From Octopus bimaculoides (Eukaryota): a stretch of DNA of 64,000 bases. The DNA lies in contig NC_069003.1 of the NCBI RefSeq assembly GCF_001194135.2, positions 1,028,801 through 1,092,800 on the forward strand. Reading direction: 5' to 3'. Positions 51,599 through 64,000 of the stretch are shown here, piece by piece (within the stretch, counting starts at the first letter, position 1; each line of letters opens with the position of its first letter). The notes beneath the pieces were generated by a model, which made no database searches, had not been told where the DNA came from, and worked only from the letters and a program-made list of their open reading frames with translations. The translations under genes were made by a program, and so were the position numbers.

Positions 51599-51750
51599 TA
51601 TATATAAATATATATATATATATTTCGTTTTTGTATTTGGCTTGCAAAATTCTTTATGTGAATTCTTGCGTTCAAGCATATTTTATCGTGCCTGGGGTGA
51701 GTCATAAATAATAAGGTACTAAAAGAGAATGACTCTACACAGACGCAATA

Positions 51751-51785
<35 letters not shown>

Positions 51786-52925
51786 CATATATATATGCGT
51801 GTGTGTGTGTATGTATGCATGCACGTATGAATGTATGTATGTATCTGTCTATCTGTCTGTCTGTCTGTCTGTGTGTCCTATCTATTTATCCGTTTTGTGT
51901 GATTTGGGCAAAATTCACGTAATACCCTCTCAAAAGCTCCTACGCTTCTCGTTGAAAGAAACACCCGCACCAAAATGGAGTTGAAGGAAACGATTCAAAT
52001 TAAACTCATAACTATTAAGACTAATCTTAAGTAATGTTTTATGTATACGAAGAATTGTAACCTAATGATCTTCTGGGGTGTAGAAACATGTTCTGGTGCA
52101 CTAATAAAGCCTACACATTTCCACATCCAATTATTATTATTCTTTCTCTTTCTCTCTCTCTCGATATATATATNNNNNNNNNNNNNNNNNNNNNNNNNNN
52201 NNNNNNNNNNNNNNNNNNNNNNNNNNNNNNNNNNNNNNNNNNNNNNNNNNNNNNNNNNNNNNNNNNNNNNNNNNNNNNNNNNNNNNNNNNNNNNNNNNNN
52301 NNNNNNNNNNNNNNNNNNNNATATATTAAAGAGAGAGAGAGAGAGAGAGAGGCGTCTGTATATTTCCATTAATTACTAAGTACACAAATTGGACCTGCGA
52401 AATTTTCTGAGACGATGCTGTTATTCTAAAGCTTAAGTCGACCAGAGTAACTTTTATTAGTTAGCGTATCTCTGTGTACATTACTTACAGGAAATTTAGC
52501 TGCTAAACTCTAGTAAATATGGCGAAACGTGATCTATAATAAACAGATTAAATTTATCTATTTATATATCGTCATATTTAATTATCTTATCCTAGGTACA
52601 TATATTTACAAAGCTATTTAGATCACTTCGATATATATGTATATCTGACTAACCGTGTGGAAGTGTAATCTTCATACGTTATTTATCTTTTTAATCAACA
52701 CTTTCGCCTCACATCTATTTAAGCTGTCTCTTATACCATTATAGTTTCCAGACATTCGAATGTTCTCGTATATTTCAACTCCGCAGTCAAAGTGTTTATT
52801 AAGACCTCAAACTCCCATTTATTGAAATTGATTTTGCTTTTCATTGTATGTATGTGTATAGGCATATAACTATATAAATATAGGCGTTTTTTATGAATGT
52901 ATAACTTTGAATTTGCGTTTGTTTC

Positions 52926-53020
52926 TCCCAACCGCTTGACAACCAGCGTTGCTTTGTTTACGTTCTCGTGACGTAGCCGTGCGAAGAAATGAATTGATAG
53001 TGTAAGTATTCGACTTAAAG
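52926..53020 (+). mobile_element. SINE family A tail fragment
   Basis: CCCAACCGCTTGACAACCAGCGTTGCTTTGTTTACGTTCTCGTGACGTAGC matches the post-microsatellite segment of family A. Confidence 0.65.
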
Positions 53021-53094
53021 CTAATTAGTAGTGTCGATTTTATTAACTAAACCTATCAAGCCAATGCCTCTTCATATATATATATATGTATATG

Positions 53095-53158
<64 letters not shown>

Positions 53159-53953
53159 CTTTATTGAAAAGCAGCAGAACTATAACAAAAGACTGTTACT
53201 CGGAGTTTCACGTTCCCATTATATATGTCACTGCAGCTGGCAGTAACGGAATTGTCATCGGTTAAACGGAGAAATCGTGGAACTGGGAAAATGTATTTGA
53301 CAGTCACGCTCAAGCATTTGGCCGATTCATCACTACAATAACAACACTGCTCAGGCCTCCACCTGGCGACTGCCCACCAGCATACTTACCTAACTACCTA
53401 CCTAACTACGTACGTACCTACCTACCTATCTACCTACCTAATCACATACACACTTACATAGGTATATTCATAAATACTAGCATACACACATGCTTACATA
53501 TTCACATCTTGTGTGTCTGTATGTCTCTAAGTGATGATGCCACAGCCTTCCAGCGTTGGTTCATACGTAAGTCATCTATTTGACGGACAGACAATGCAAC
53601 AGACTCTAACGCTCTCATTCAAAGTATCTCGCCCTTACACACATTCTCTCTCTCCCTCTCTCTCTCTCGCTCCCATTTTCTCACACTGAATTCCCTTGCC
53701 TTCTTCAGTCTTTCAACACGTCGTCATTCCATACCAACATTACTTTCTCTTTATATTCGTAGGCCTTCTGTTTTCCTCTACTTCTGCGTCTGGTTGTCCT
53801 CCTATGTCTTCCACTTCATGCCTCCAACCACAAATCTGGAAACAATATTTTTATCTCACACACGTACACACAGACAGTGCCCATAAAGACACGCACCTAC
53901 AACCACACACACACACACACACACAGACAGACACACATACACACACACACACA

Positions 53954-54015
<62 letters not shown>

Positions 54016-54145
54016 CACCAAGGCATACATTAACACATAAATGTCCACATTCACACCACGTCACACAAATAAATGATTACAGACACGGAGTACAATGAAT
54101 GGTATATTTGCAAAATATACATACATGAATACATACAGAAACACA

Positions 54146-54182
<37 letters not shown>

Positions 54183-54207
54183 CGGTCTAGTGTATAGTAA
54201 ATCTATG

Positions 54208-54275
<68 letters not shown>

Positions 54276-54844
54276 CATACATACAACATACATATATGAG
54301 TGTGTGTGTGTGTGTGTATGAGTATGTGTACATATTGAATGTTTCTCTCTCACACTATCTCTCTCTCATTCTCTCTTTCTCTATCTTTCTCCCTCTCTCT
54401 CTCTCTCTCTCTTTCTATCTCTCTCTCTCTTCTGTTTTGTGTCTCATTCACTCAACCCCTCTTTCTTTCCTTTTTGCTGTCTCTCCGACTTATATGTGAT
54501 GAAAAATGGAGACTGCAATAATTATTACAAAACGAAAGCTGGTCAGCCAACCGTGCCACCGTCTTAGAGCCTGGCTAATATCCAATCATTAAATAAAATA
54601 TTATATATATATATTTCTACTCACACTTTACACATACACACATACACCAGTATATCATATACATACTAACAAAAACTACCGTTACATCTACGTACACACT
54701 TTCATATACCTTCATCACAATATTAAGCACGTATTCGCTCACACACCATCAGGATATGCTCACACACACTCGTTTTATACACATAGGAGGTCTCATACAG
54801 ATCTCCCTATCCGTAAACAGGGACATAAGCAACACACCCACGTA

Positions 54845-54910
<66 letters not shown>

Positions 54911-55208
54911 CATGAAAAGTTCTTTCACTCGTGCATTTGCTGTAAGGTTCGTTGATCGGATACTTCGTATATTTCTTTATCTCTTCATCAGTACTAAAGT
55001 CACTTAATGAATGTTCAACGTTAATAACAAAACGGAAATTAAAATTATCATTTATTAAATTTTGTAAAAGTATGTGAACATATTCTTTATATCAATTATA
55101 GACTCCGAACTGCATACATATACGAAGAGAGGTTAGCTTTGATTTCAAGAAATTTTCCAATGACACAAATATAAATTGTGTATATTAATAAAGGGCAGGT
55201 GTATCTTT

Positions 55209-55305
<97 letters not shown>

Positions 55306-56085
55306 CATCTATCTATATATCATTTTATTCTTTGTTTGTGTGTGTATGTATGCAAGTCATTGTTCAGTTTTATTTCAAGATTCCTAACAAAAAGAGAAAG
55401 AGCCGGTTTCGAACCCAGATTCAAGGTTCCTTCATTAATATTTCAACATCAACGACAGGGTATTTTTGTATATATGTATGTCTGTATGTATGTATATGTG
55501 CAGATTTGTATATTTTGTTTTATATATGTATGTTAATGCATATAGTTACATATCTAGACATGCTCATATATATGTTTAAATGATAATCTTCTGGAAAATT
55601 TTTACAGATTTTTACAGTTCCAGTGATGGATTGGATCTGTAGTCATCGAATTAACTCTCTCCTCTCTGGTTTTGAGAAGCCTAATTTCTCAAGATTGGTA
55701 TTTAGGCAGTGTGTTATGTAGACACGCGTACACTTATGAACGCGTCTGCAGATAATGGAAAGAATATATGTACAATAAATTGGGGCATAGTAGAGTGTAC
55801 ATATATTTTTTCGTTGTATGTTTAATGGTTGTATTGATGTAGTAAAGTGAACGAAAAATATCCCATCTACCATAACGAATGGAAGAAAAGAAAAATGGAT
55901 ACAAAATCATAAAGAAAGATTAAAAGGCAATCGTATAAGACCACTTCATTCTGGAGCGGGAAATAAATGCACGATACCTGCTAGCATCTGAGATTATTAA
56001 ATGTCCTTCGGAGATTTATTGTATGTGGCAGAATAATTCTACGTGACAGATGGTGGTTTGATCCTAACCAGGCCAAGCATACACG

Positions 56086-56179
<94 letters not shown>

Positions 56180-56908
56180 AATGTGTGTGTGTGCGTTATA
56201 TTTATGCATATTATTGTGTGTAGAGTTTCGTTTTCTGACACGGTAAACCCATGGTGAGTGTTCGGTTTAACACATGAAATGAATACTTCCTAATTGGTAT
56301 TTAAAGAATGGAATTAGTTCGGATCCAGATCAGCGATTATGGAAAAGTCTCTCTAAAGTATACTTGTCAACAGGGTAAACTGAAATTGCATGAAACATTA
56401 AGTGTTACTTATCATTATTATTATTATTATTATTATTGCTGTTGTTGTTATTCGTTATCGCTGTAACTGGAAACACTCGTTATGTGGATTCTGCTTACCC
56501 TAGCACCATGGAGATTACTGAGTTGTAGTAGTCGCGAAACCTCTATAAAACCACACCCTGCTGTGATGTAACATGTGTATGCAATGTTGGCGTCTCCAAG
56601 ATAGACTCCGTATAAAATACAGGATAGTCACTAATGGAACGCCCTCGATAATTTGCCTGCTTCATCAGGACTTGATTAGGTCCAAGCAAAGTGGAAGAAT
56701 AGGGTCCGCGTATACTTTTACATGGTTTGGAAGAAACTGTATCTAAATGCCTGTCATTCCACAATCTCCCAGCATTCCAACCATGACCATCCTGCATTTT
56801 ATTATGATACGATCTATTTTTTTCTTAATTACATCTGAGAGGAAGCATTCGTTTAGATGTCAGCTGGGTATGCTTCCAATGTGTGAAATTATTATTGTTA
56901 TTATTATT

Positions 56909-57045
56909 GTTCAGTAGTTTTAATTTTATAACGTGCTTTCACTTCACTACCGAGCGCAGCTCTGTGTGCCTTGGGTATGTGCTGTGGTTTGCTGTGATGC
57001 TCTTATGGTTACTGTATTGAAAGTGTTTTGCGTAGGATGTGTGCA
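56909..57045 (-). mobile_element. Short 5'-truncated copy of the R4/Dong element at 4.2 kb
   Basis: 137 nt align to 4181-4317 with about 6 substitutions (manual count). It encodes AHILRKTLSIQ* plus the 3'UTR and (AAT)n tail. Confidence 0.92.
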
Positions 57046-57798
57046 ATTATTTTTATTATTATTATAAGTAGTAGTAGTAGCAGTAGTAGTGGTGGTGGTG
57101 GTGGTAGTAGTAGCAGCAGCAGCAGAAGAAGAAGAAAAGATGTGGCAAAACATAAATATCGGATTCCGAGCTCAAGGATGGTCACGCGCTCAAGGTGGAT
57201 TCCGCGCTCACTTTTGGAGAGACATAGGCCATGATTCATTAGGAGTTAACTAGTAATAACTGGAGAGTTTGGTCTCGTAGACGACGGAACTTGAGTATTG
57301 TACGCGTGTATGTGTGTGTATGTGTGTGCACATATGTGTATGTGTTTGTGTTTGTGGGTATATGCGTGTGCAATTTAGCAAATAAGTTTCTACAAGTCTG
57401 AGAGATTATACAACATCGCAAGAAATGTGTGTCTACTTGCTTAAATATCAATAAATCTGTATTATATTCTCTCTCCTTGCATATATTTGTGTGTGTGTGT
57501 GTGTGTGTGTGTACATATACACACATATTCTCACACATCCAGAATATAAATATACGTAACATGAGGCAGATCGCACACACGTATACTCTCAATGGCCGCC
57601 AGAAACTGACACGGGCGCTCTCTAAGAAGTCGATGCAGACATAAATACACGCGTGTACAGATAGTCAAGCACGTATAAATATTTTCAGTAATACACGCAG
57701 GCGTTGAGAGATACATCATAGATACGTACACCCGCTACACCCGCCTATTTATATAATAAACACATATTCAAATATACTTCTTTGACCATAATATGTAG

Positions 57799-57842
<44 letters not shown>

Positions 57843-57975
57843 NNNNNNNNNNNNNNNNNNNNNNNNNNNNNNNNNNNNNNNNNNNNNNNNNNNNNNNNNN
57901 NNNNNNNNNNNNNNNNNNNNNNNNNNNNNNNNNNNNNNNNNNNNNNNNNNNNNNNNNNNNNNNNNNNNNNNNNNN

Positions 57976-58022
<47 letters not shown>

Positions 58023-58811
58023 GTATACATACATACACACACATACATACACATACACACACATATATATACATATATGAAGTGGTGTGTAAATTATAAA
58101 TTATATAGCGCTGCCAATTTATCATCGTAAGTTCTTTCCGCATCAGTGAATTTCGTAGTTAGACCAACGTATTGAGACGTGTATATTGATAGTCAGCAGT
58201 TTGTCAGTATGTGAGGCCAGAGAGGGTGAGACAGGTGGCAAAGGATGGTGGGTAAATAAATAGGAAGATATAAAGATAAATAAAGGGGGTGGATAGATAG
58301 ATTGAGAGGGAGAGAGGAAGAGAGAGAGAGAGAGATAGGAGAGGGAAAGAGAGAGGGAGAAATTGTTTATTTGGCTGTTGCAGATTGTCCGTGTTTGAAA
58401 AACAGAATGAAAGGGGAGAGACAGAGAAATTAGTAGGCAGAGGTGATTCAAAGAGAAAATAACCATTCGTATTAAGGGTTTTGATGAACGTAAACGTAAA
58501 ATGATGAGAGACACACAAACCAGGAGGGAGAATGAGAGAGAGAGCAAGGGAGAGAGAAAGAGAAATATGAAAGAGAGTGAGAGAGGCAAGGAGAATGTTA
58601 GCCGGAAGCTGGCAGTTGAATTGATAGACTTAGTTCAAAGTTAGACTCCTGCAGCCAGACAGGAAGGTGAATATATGAACTATTGAAATGGCATACATAT
58701 AGACATACATACAAATAAACATACTTACATACATAATACATACATACATAATACATACATATATAGCTAAATCATACTTACATACATACATAAATACATA
58801 TATACATACCT

Positions 58812-59688
58812 AAAACGAAAACCAGGCGGCAGAGGCATGACATCAATCCAATATGCCTTTGAATGTTGCATCACATCCCTTCGGCAACATTTTCTAACCA
58901 CCAATTGTCGAAGTGCATCCCTGACCAAGTTTGCACACATGAAGCCGATAACAACATAAGACATGGGTGGCATCTCCTTCAGCAACACTCTTTGTCTGAT
59001 AACCTAGAATACATGCCCAAAGAAGTCACTCGACTCTACCGCAACCTATCATCAAATGAAAGGATGAGCTTTTATGAGCAGAAGACTATACAGGGATATG
59101 TTACTAGAAAGCTCCGAGATGATGTTAACATCGATCATCAAAGCAGTTTATCATGGATGAATAGCCGGATTACTACCTCCCGCTTTGAAGGGTATGCATT
59201 TGCAATCCAGGAACAGGAAATATCAACCAAGTGCATGATGCACAAAAGGGATAGAGATGCGGGAAAAGCCGTAAAATGCGACGACCGATGCAGACTTTGT
59301 GGAGTTCACACTGAAGATATCACCTAAGTCATAAGCAGTTATCCGAAATTGTCATCAGGTATTATCTACCGATGAGACATGACGTTGTAGCTAGGACACT
59401 CTGTAATGAAATCCGTCGGAAGGATAACCCAGGACAAAGAAATAAGAACCCACAATATGGAAGAGAAACCATAGCCACTCATAATAAAAAGGAATACTGG
59501 TGGAATGTCCCAATGAAGACCTCAATAAAATGTAAGCACAACAGACCTGATATAACGATTTGGGATAGAGAAGAGAAACCGTACAAAGTTGTTGAAATCA
59601 GCTGCTCAGAGGAGGTTAACAGAAAGCTGAAGATCAGGGAAAAACAAAAAAAAAAACGCCTATGCTGAACTACTGAGAAATCTGAGTT
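58812..59688 (+). mobile_element. R4/NeSL-type RLE retrotransposon fragment (thumb end, zinc knuckle, RLE), 3'-truncated
   Basis: RKPGGRGMTSIQYAFEC (compare LY.PRK.GGRGL), SLSWM..FEGYAFAIQEQEISTK, CRLCGVHTEDIT*VIS, MRHDVVAR, EYWWNVP.KTSIKCKHNRPDITIWDREEK..VVEISC...YAELLRNL. Confidence 0.88.
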
Positions 59689-59719
59689 AAATATATATAT
59701 ATATATATATAAATATATA

Positions 59720-59951
59720 CCGCGTTAGCCATAAGTCACCCGACAGTAAATCAAACATCCATAAATACTTAATATTCAATTTTATTTATTCATTTCAGTT
59801 ATGGATGTTTAATAATTGAATACTGTAAAATAACTGTGTTTTTTTTTTCAACATTTGTTTATTTATTAGCGAAGTCTCATATGAAATAACCTTGGAACTG
59901 TTTTAATCTTGAAAATTTGATCTACTGTCAGGCGACTTTTGCCCAACCCTG
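59720..59951. mobile_element. Tc1/mariner-type MITE (232 bp) with ~36-bp imperfect TIRs
   Basis: Left CCGCGTTAGCCATAAGTCACCCGACAGTAAATCAAA (59720-59755, preceded by TA) versus the reverse complement of the right end CAGGGTTGGGCAAAAGTCGCCTGACAGTAGATCAAA (59916-59951), about 27/36 identical. AT-rich non-coding interior. Confidence 0.65.
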
Positions 59952-60412
59952 TGAATACACACACACACACATACACGCACACACACACATATATAAATAC
60001 GTATATTTGTATACATATATATGCCTATTTTTCTGTATATATACATACATATATGTTGACTGAAAAAGAGAAAGAACAACGTAAGTCGATTTTCGAAACA
60101 CATCGTGTTTTCATCTAGGTTGTCTTCATCATTTTCACTAATCCCAGAGGAATTACCAGCCAATCTGTTCATCTACCTCTACTAAATTCTCATACCGCAA
60201 ATGTTTCACATATTTAATAAGAGTGGGGCTGCCAACAGAGATGACAATCCACACACTGTGAAGGTATCACATCTCATGTCTGTAACCTATGAGCTGGATG
60301 TATGAACGGGGCAAATTAAGCTATCTCTGTAGGTATACAGATTGACAGATTGAAAGACTGACCTAGAAATACAATACACGAGTGAATGTGCGTTGATATA
60401 ACTATACACGAG

Positions 60413-60443
<31 letters not shown>

Positions 60444-60542
60444 GAGAGAGAGAAGGAGAGAGAAAGAGAGAGCAGGAGGGAGAGAGGGTGGGAAATAAAG
60501 ACCCCTGCATATATTTAGAACTGGAGCAACGTAAAATAAATT

Positions 60543-60630
60543 GCCTTCATCAAGGACACAACGCATCGACGGAAGTTGAACTCACGACTTTACGATTGTG
60601 AGACGAATGCCCTAACCATTTAGGCGGCTG
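60543..60630 (-). mobile_element. SINE family C head fragment
   Basis: Reverse complement CAGCCGCCTAAATGGTTAGGGCATTCGTCTCACAATCGTAAAGTCGTGAGTTCAACTTCCGTCGATGCGTTGTGTCCTTGATGAAGGCA parallels 6793-6880. Confidence 0.78.
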
Positions 60631-60643
60631 TGTGGTGTATATA

Positions 60644-60674
<31 letters not shown>

Positions 60675-61329
60675 AGATATATATATATATAGATATAGAT
60701 ATACATAGATACACAAATATATGTATGTATGTCAGTCTAACATATGGGAGATGGAGAGAAGTTATGACAAATGTTGCCGTTTGTGTGTGTGTGTGTGTGT
60801 CCAGTTTTGTGTGTGACCGCTGGAGAAAAATGGAAAGATACGCAAAGGTAACAGAATAATTTTGTAAAAGGTGAATCAATAGATTTGAAAGATATCAATT
60901 AGAATTATATCTGATTAAGTCTGAGAGAGAAAGGAATGTATTAATTACAATCTATCGAGTCTGGTTTATGACAAAGATCGTTATGTGTACCCCATCGCCA
61001 CCTCTGTCTTATTATCAACGATCTACGTGACGTTGTAGAAATGTGTTTAAAGGAGGTTTGTTTGCTTCATAATCTCTTGGGCCGGTGGCCAAAACACTGC
61101 AGCTAACCTTGGACACGTAAATGACTTTTAGCTTAGCCCCGTATCGACCGATGCCCAGTTCTGTCGGAGAATACTCAGATACATAAGGCATTACCGAAGC
61201 TTAGCACACACACACACACACGCACACGCGCACACGCAAGCTCTCTCGAGCGCACACACACATATACACACTCGGACACACACAGTGGCATTCGTTCTTC
61301 GTCATGTATCGTAGACTTTCGCAATGCGT

Positions 61330-61640
61330 TCATGACGCTACAACAAAGTCTCCCCGGTCAAGCGCTGCCTCCACTATCATATAAATCCACTGCCTTACTT
61401 TCTCACAACGCTTTTCGGTAGAAATATTGGGGTGGGTCGCTATTGCCCTCCACAACGGCATGGCCGGTAGTCCAGAGAGAGCTCATCTGCCTTTCGGCAA
61501 GTATTGTTTTTAGTCCTGCTGCATGTCCAGATACCTTCCACACAAGGGTAGAAAGTTACTACTCACTTACACAAGCCTACTTGGTCGCTGACCACCCGAC
61601 CGTGAAACAGTTCGTACCGATTTACAAGATGCTAGCAGCA
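61330..61640 (-). mobile_element. Possible RTE-type LINE C-terminal remnant
   Basis: Weak motifs LSTLVWKVSGHAA...LWTTGH and IVEAALDRGD (compare FAGH..R....LW.PT.G and A.DR..W). Highly degenerate. Confidence 0.3.
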
Positions 61641-62557
61641 GATCTCATCTGCCCGTGATTAACTAGACAGTAGACATATAGACTAATCTGTTATATTTCC
61701 TTCCACCTTCACTTCGAGCTCACAAAAGTGCTTTAACGTAGTCGTATGATAATGACAATATAGACGTATCCCTGAGTTCGAACCTTGGATCTCATCTTTC
61801 TGAAGTAAATCTCTAAACTAATCTGACATTGCTAAAGAAGGAAAATGCACACATTTTACATAGTTTTATTACAATTTTTAATATATCTTTTATTGTGTTT
61901 GTCGACCGGTTTCGATTTCGCTATTCATGACATTAAAATTTATTTAAATACGTATTTTATTAAGTAGAAATTTTTTCATCCACGTTGTGTGTAATATTTA
62001 TGAGTGAATGATTCAATATATATATATGTATATATATGTATATATTATATAGTCTCTCATAAAGCTGACCAAGTGTATATAGATTCCCCTAATAGAGGCT
62101 TCTATACATTGTGTTGTTTAGAAGTTACTCAGAGCCTTAAGCAATGCGTAGAAGAAAACGACATGGAAGACCGAATGTATCCACATAAAGGAAGTAATTA
62201 TTTACCATCATATGCAGAATGTACGTATGCATGTGTGTATATGCGAATGCGTATAAGTTAACATCTCTGTGCGTACTCTCATAGGCACACACACACACAA
62301 ACACATATATATATGTATGCGTGTGTGTGTGTTTCCATATGTATATATATATATATTTATACAAACATACATATACATCTGTGCTTACAAATGCACATAC
62401 ATAGACATGTGTGTATATAAATATGTGTGTGCATTTGTGCGTGTGTGTGAGTGTGTGCGTGAATGTGTGTACGCGTGGGCGTGTGTATGTACGTATAAAT
62501 ACATATACACACTCAAGCATATACCTGCCGAATTATGTGTCTGTGCGTGTGTGTATG

Positions 62558-62604
<47 letters not shown>

Positions 62605-62859
62605 GTGTATGTATGTATATATATATATATATATAGAATATAAACATACATTTTCACACATACATTTGCATGCGTATATGTGTGTGCGTGTGTATATCTC
62701 CGTTGTATTGTACTGTAGTATGTAAGCAGTGGAACTGTTTTGAATGTCCAGTTTCCTTTGAAGTTGTAATGGCGTCGAAAAGATGAAAGCGATCACTTAG
62801 GTTCAATCCTGACTGACGGATGAAGAAACACAATACAACTTTGATGCTAAAGCTTTGCA

Positions 62860-63730
62860 AAAACAACAACAACAACAACAACATCACCAACGAAAACGAT
62901 ATCAATAGCCACAACGATATCCATAACCAATAAACACAGNNNNNNNNNNNNNNNNNNNNNNNNNNNNNNNNNNNNNNNNNNNNNNNNNNNNNNNNNNNNN
63001 NNNNNNNNNNNNNNNNNNNNNNNNNNNNNNNNNNNNNNNNNNNNNNNNNNNNNNNNNNNNNNNNNNNNNNNNNNNNNNNNNNNNNNNNNNNNNNNNNNNN
63101 NNNNNNNNNNNNNNNNNNNNNNNNNNNNNNNNNNNNNNNNNNNNNNNNNNNNNNNNNNNNNNNNNNNNNNNNNNNNNNNNNNNNNNNNNNNNATTACACG
63201 AACAACAAAAGCTGTAGTTAATACTATGACACCTAACAATTACCACCTCCACCACAGCAACAACGATAAGAACAACAATGATAACAGCTATAACAACAAC
63301 AACAACAATATCTATATCATACGTCAATAACCACAATGACAGCTATAACTAGAGCGACTGCAACAAGAACATTATTGTAACGTAGCAACCTCCATTGAAG
63401 CAACTCGTAGCAATTGCAACGACTATAATCAACAGATTTAACGACAATAACCACATTTCGTAGCAACTGCAACTACAATAACAACTACAATAACAAGACG
63501 TTCAGCAATGTCAAAGGACTATAACAACAAGTGCAACAGAAGCTGGGACAACAGCAACAACAAAAACGTATGTAGGACTCGGCGATGACAACAGTTTGTG
63601 GAACAAGATGAACAACGACAGCCATACAACCGTACGGCAAGAGAATGGCATAAATAAATTTAATGCCAACATCAAAGACATCAGCAGCAACATCAATAAC
63701 AATGACAAAAGATTTAAGAGCATCAATAGG
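62860..63730. repeat. Degenerate (AAC)n-rich low-complexity tract spanning a gap
   Basis: Imperfect AAC/AAT/GAC/CAG triplets throughout, with stops in the candidate frames. Confidence 0.75.
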
Positions 63731-63747
63731 AGTGTATGACGTAATCA

Positions 63748-63895
63748 TGGGCGTGTCTGTGTGGTAAGAGGTTTGCTTCGTAACCACAAGGGTCCGGGTT
63801 CGGTTCGACTGCGCGGACTTTGGGCAAGTGTTTTCTACTATAGCCGCGGGACGACCTTGGGAGTGGACTTAGTAGAAGGAAACTGAACGAAGTCC

Positions 63896-63947
<52 letters not shown>

Positions 63948-64000
63948 CTTTGCGTATGTGCTTGCCCTTACCACCACTAACCTTGTTGAGGGTGTTGCCC
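63748..64000 (+). mobile_element. SINE family A (runs off the window end)
   Basis: GGGCGTGTCTGTGTGGTAAGAGGTTTGCTTCGTAACCACAAGGGTCCGGGTTCGGTTCGACTGCGCGGACTTTGGGCAAGTGTTTTCTACTATAGCC...GAAACTGAACGAAGTCC-(TA)n(TG)n. Confidence 0.85.

Larger units (their letters stand above)
3096..63192. other. 13 assembly gaps (N runs)
   Basis: 3096-3210, 13604-14427, 15114-15123, 15617-16452, 24688-24786, 31580-31596, 32710-33338, 37623-37975, 44796-45121, 48128-48362, 52174-52320, 57843-57975, 62940-63192. Most are flanked by (TA)n or other microsatellites. Confidence 0.95.

Noticed and set aside
10-63977. Numerous ORFs rich in YI/CV/HT/SL or poly-His, poly-Thr, poly-Met and poly-X
   Set aside because: They are translations of di- and trinucleotide microsatellites or of N-gaps, not genes.

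Overview
Eukaryotic, AT-rich, microsatellite-saturated draft-assembly DNA with 13 N-gaps. The SINE families and repeat landscape look like a coleoid cephalopod (octopus-type) genome; this is inferred from recalled repeat consensi, not from a database search. I found no intact protein-coding gene, rRNA, functional tRNA or CRISPR array. Almost every ORF in the supplied track is a microsatellite or N-gap artefact. The recognisable content is a transposon graveyard: at least 5 fragments of R4/Dong-type non-LTR retrotransposons (restriction-like endonuclease), 3 CR1/L2-type LINE 3' ends, 2-3 RTE fragments, a Penelope-like 5' fragment, a Tc1/mariner transposase remnant, two MITE-like inverted-repeat elements and about 20 copies of several tRNA-derived SINE families. 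The best second-look items are a shared 3' tail with a terminal stem-loop between a CR1/L2-type LINE and the dominant SINE, R4-type copies abutting trinucleotide microsatellites, modular SINE chimaeras, a chain of co-oriented LINE fragments, closely spaced inverted SINE pairs and one weak candidate host exon. All translations and alignments were done by eye, so element boundaries are approximate. I do not see evidence of a novel multi-gene system.
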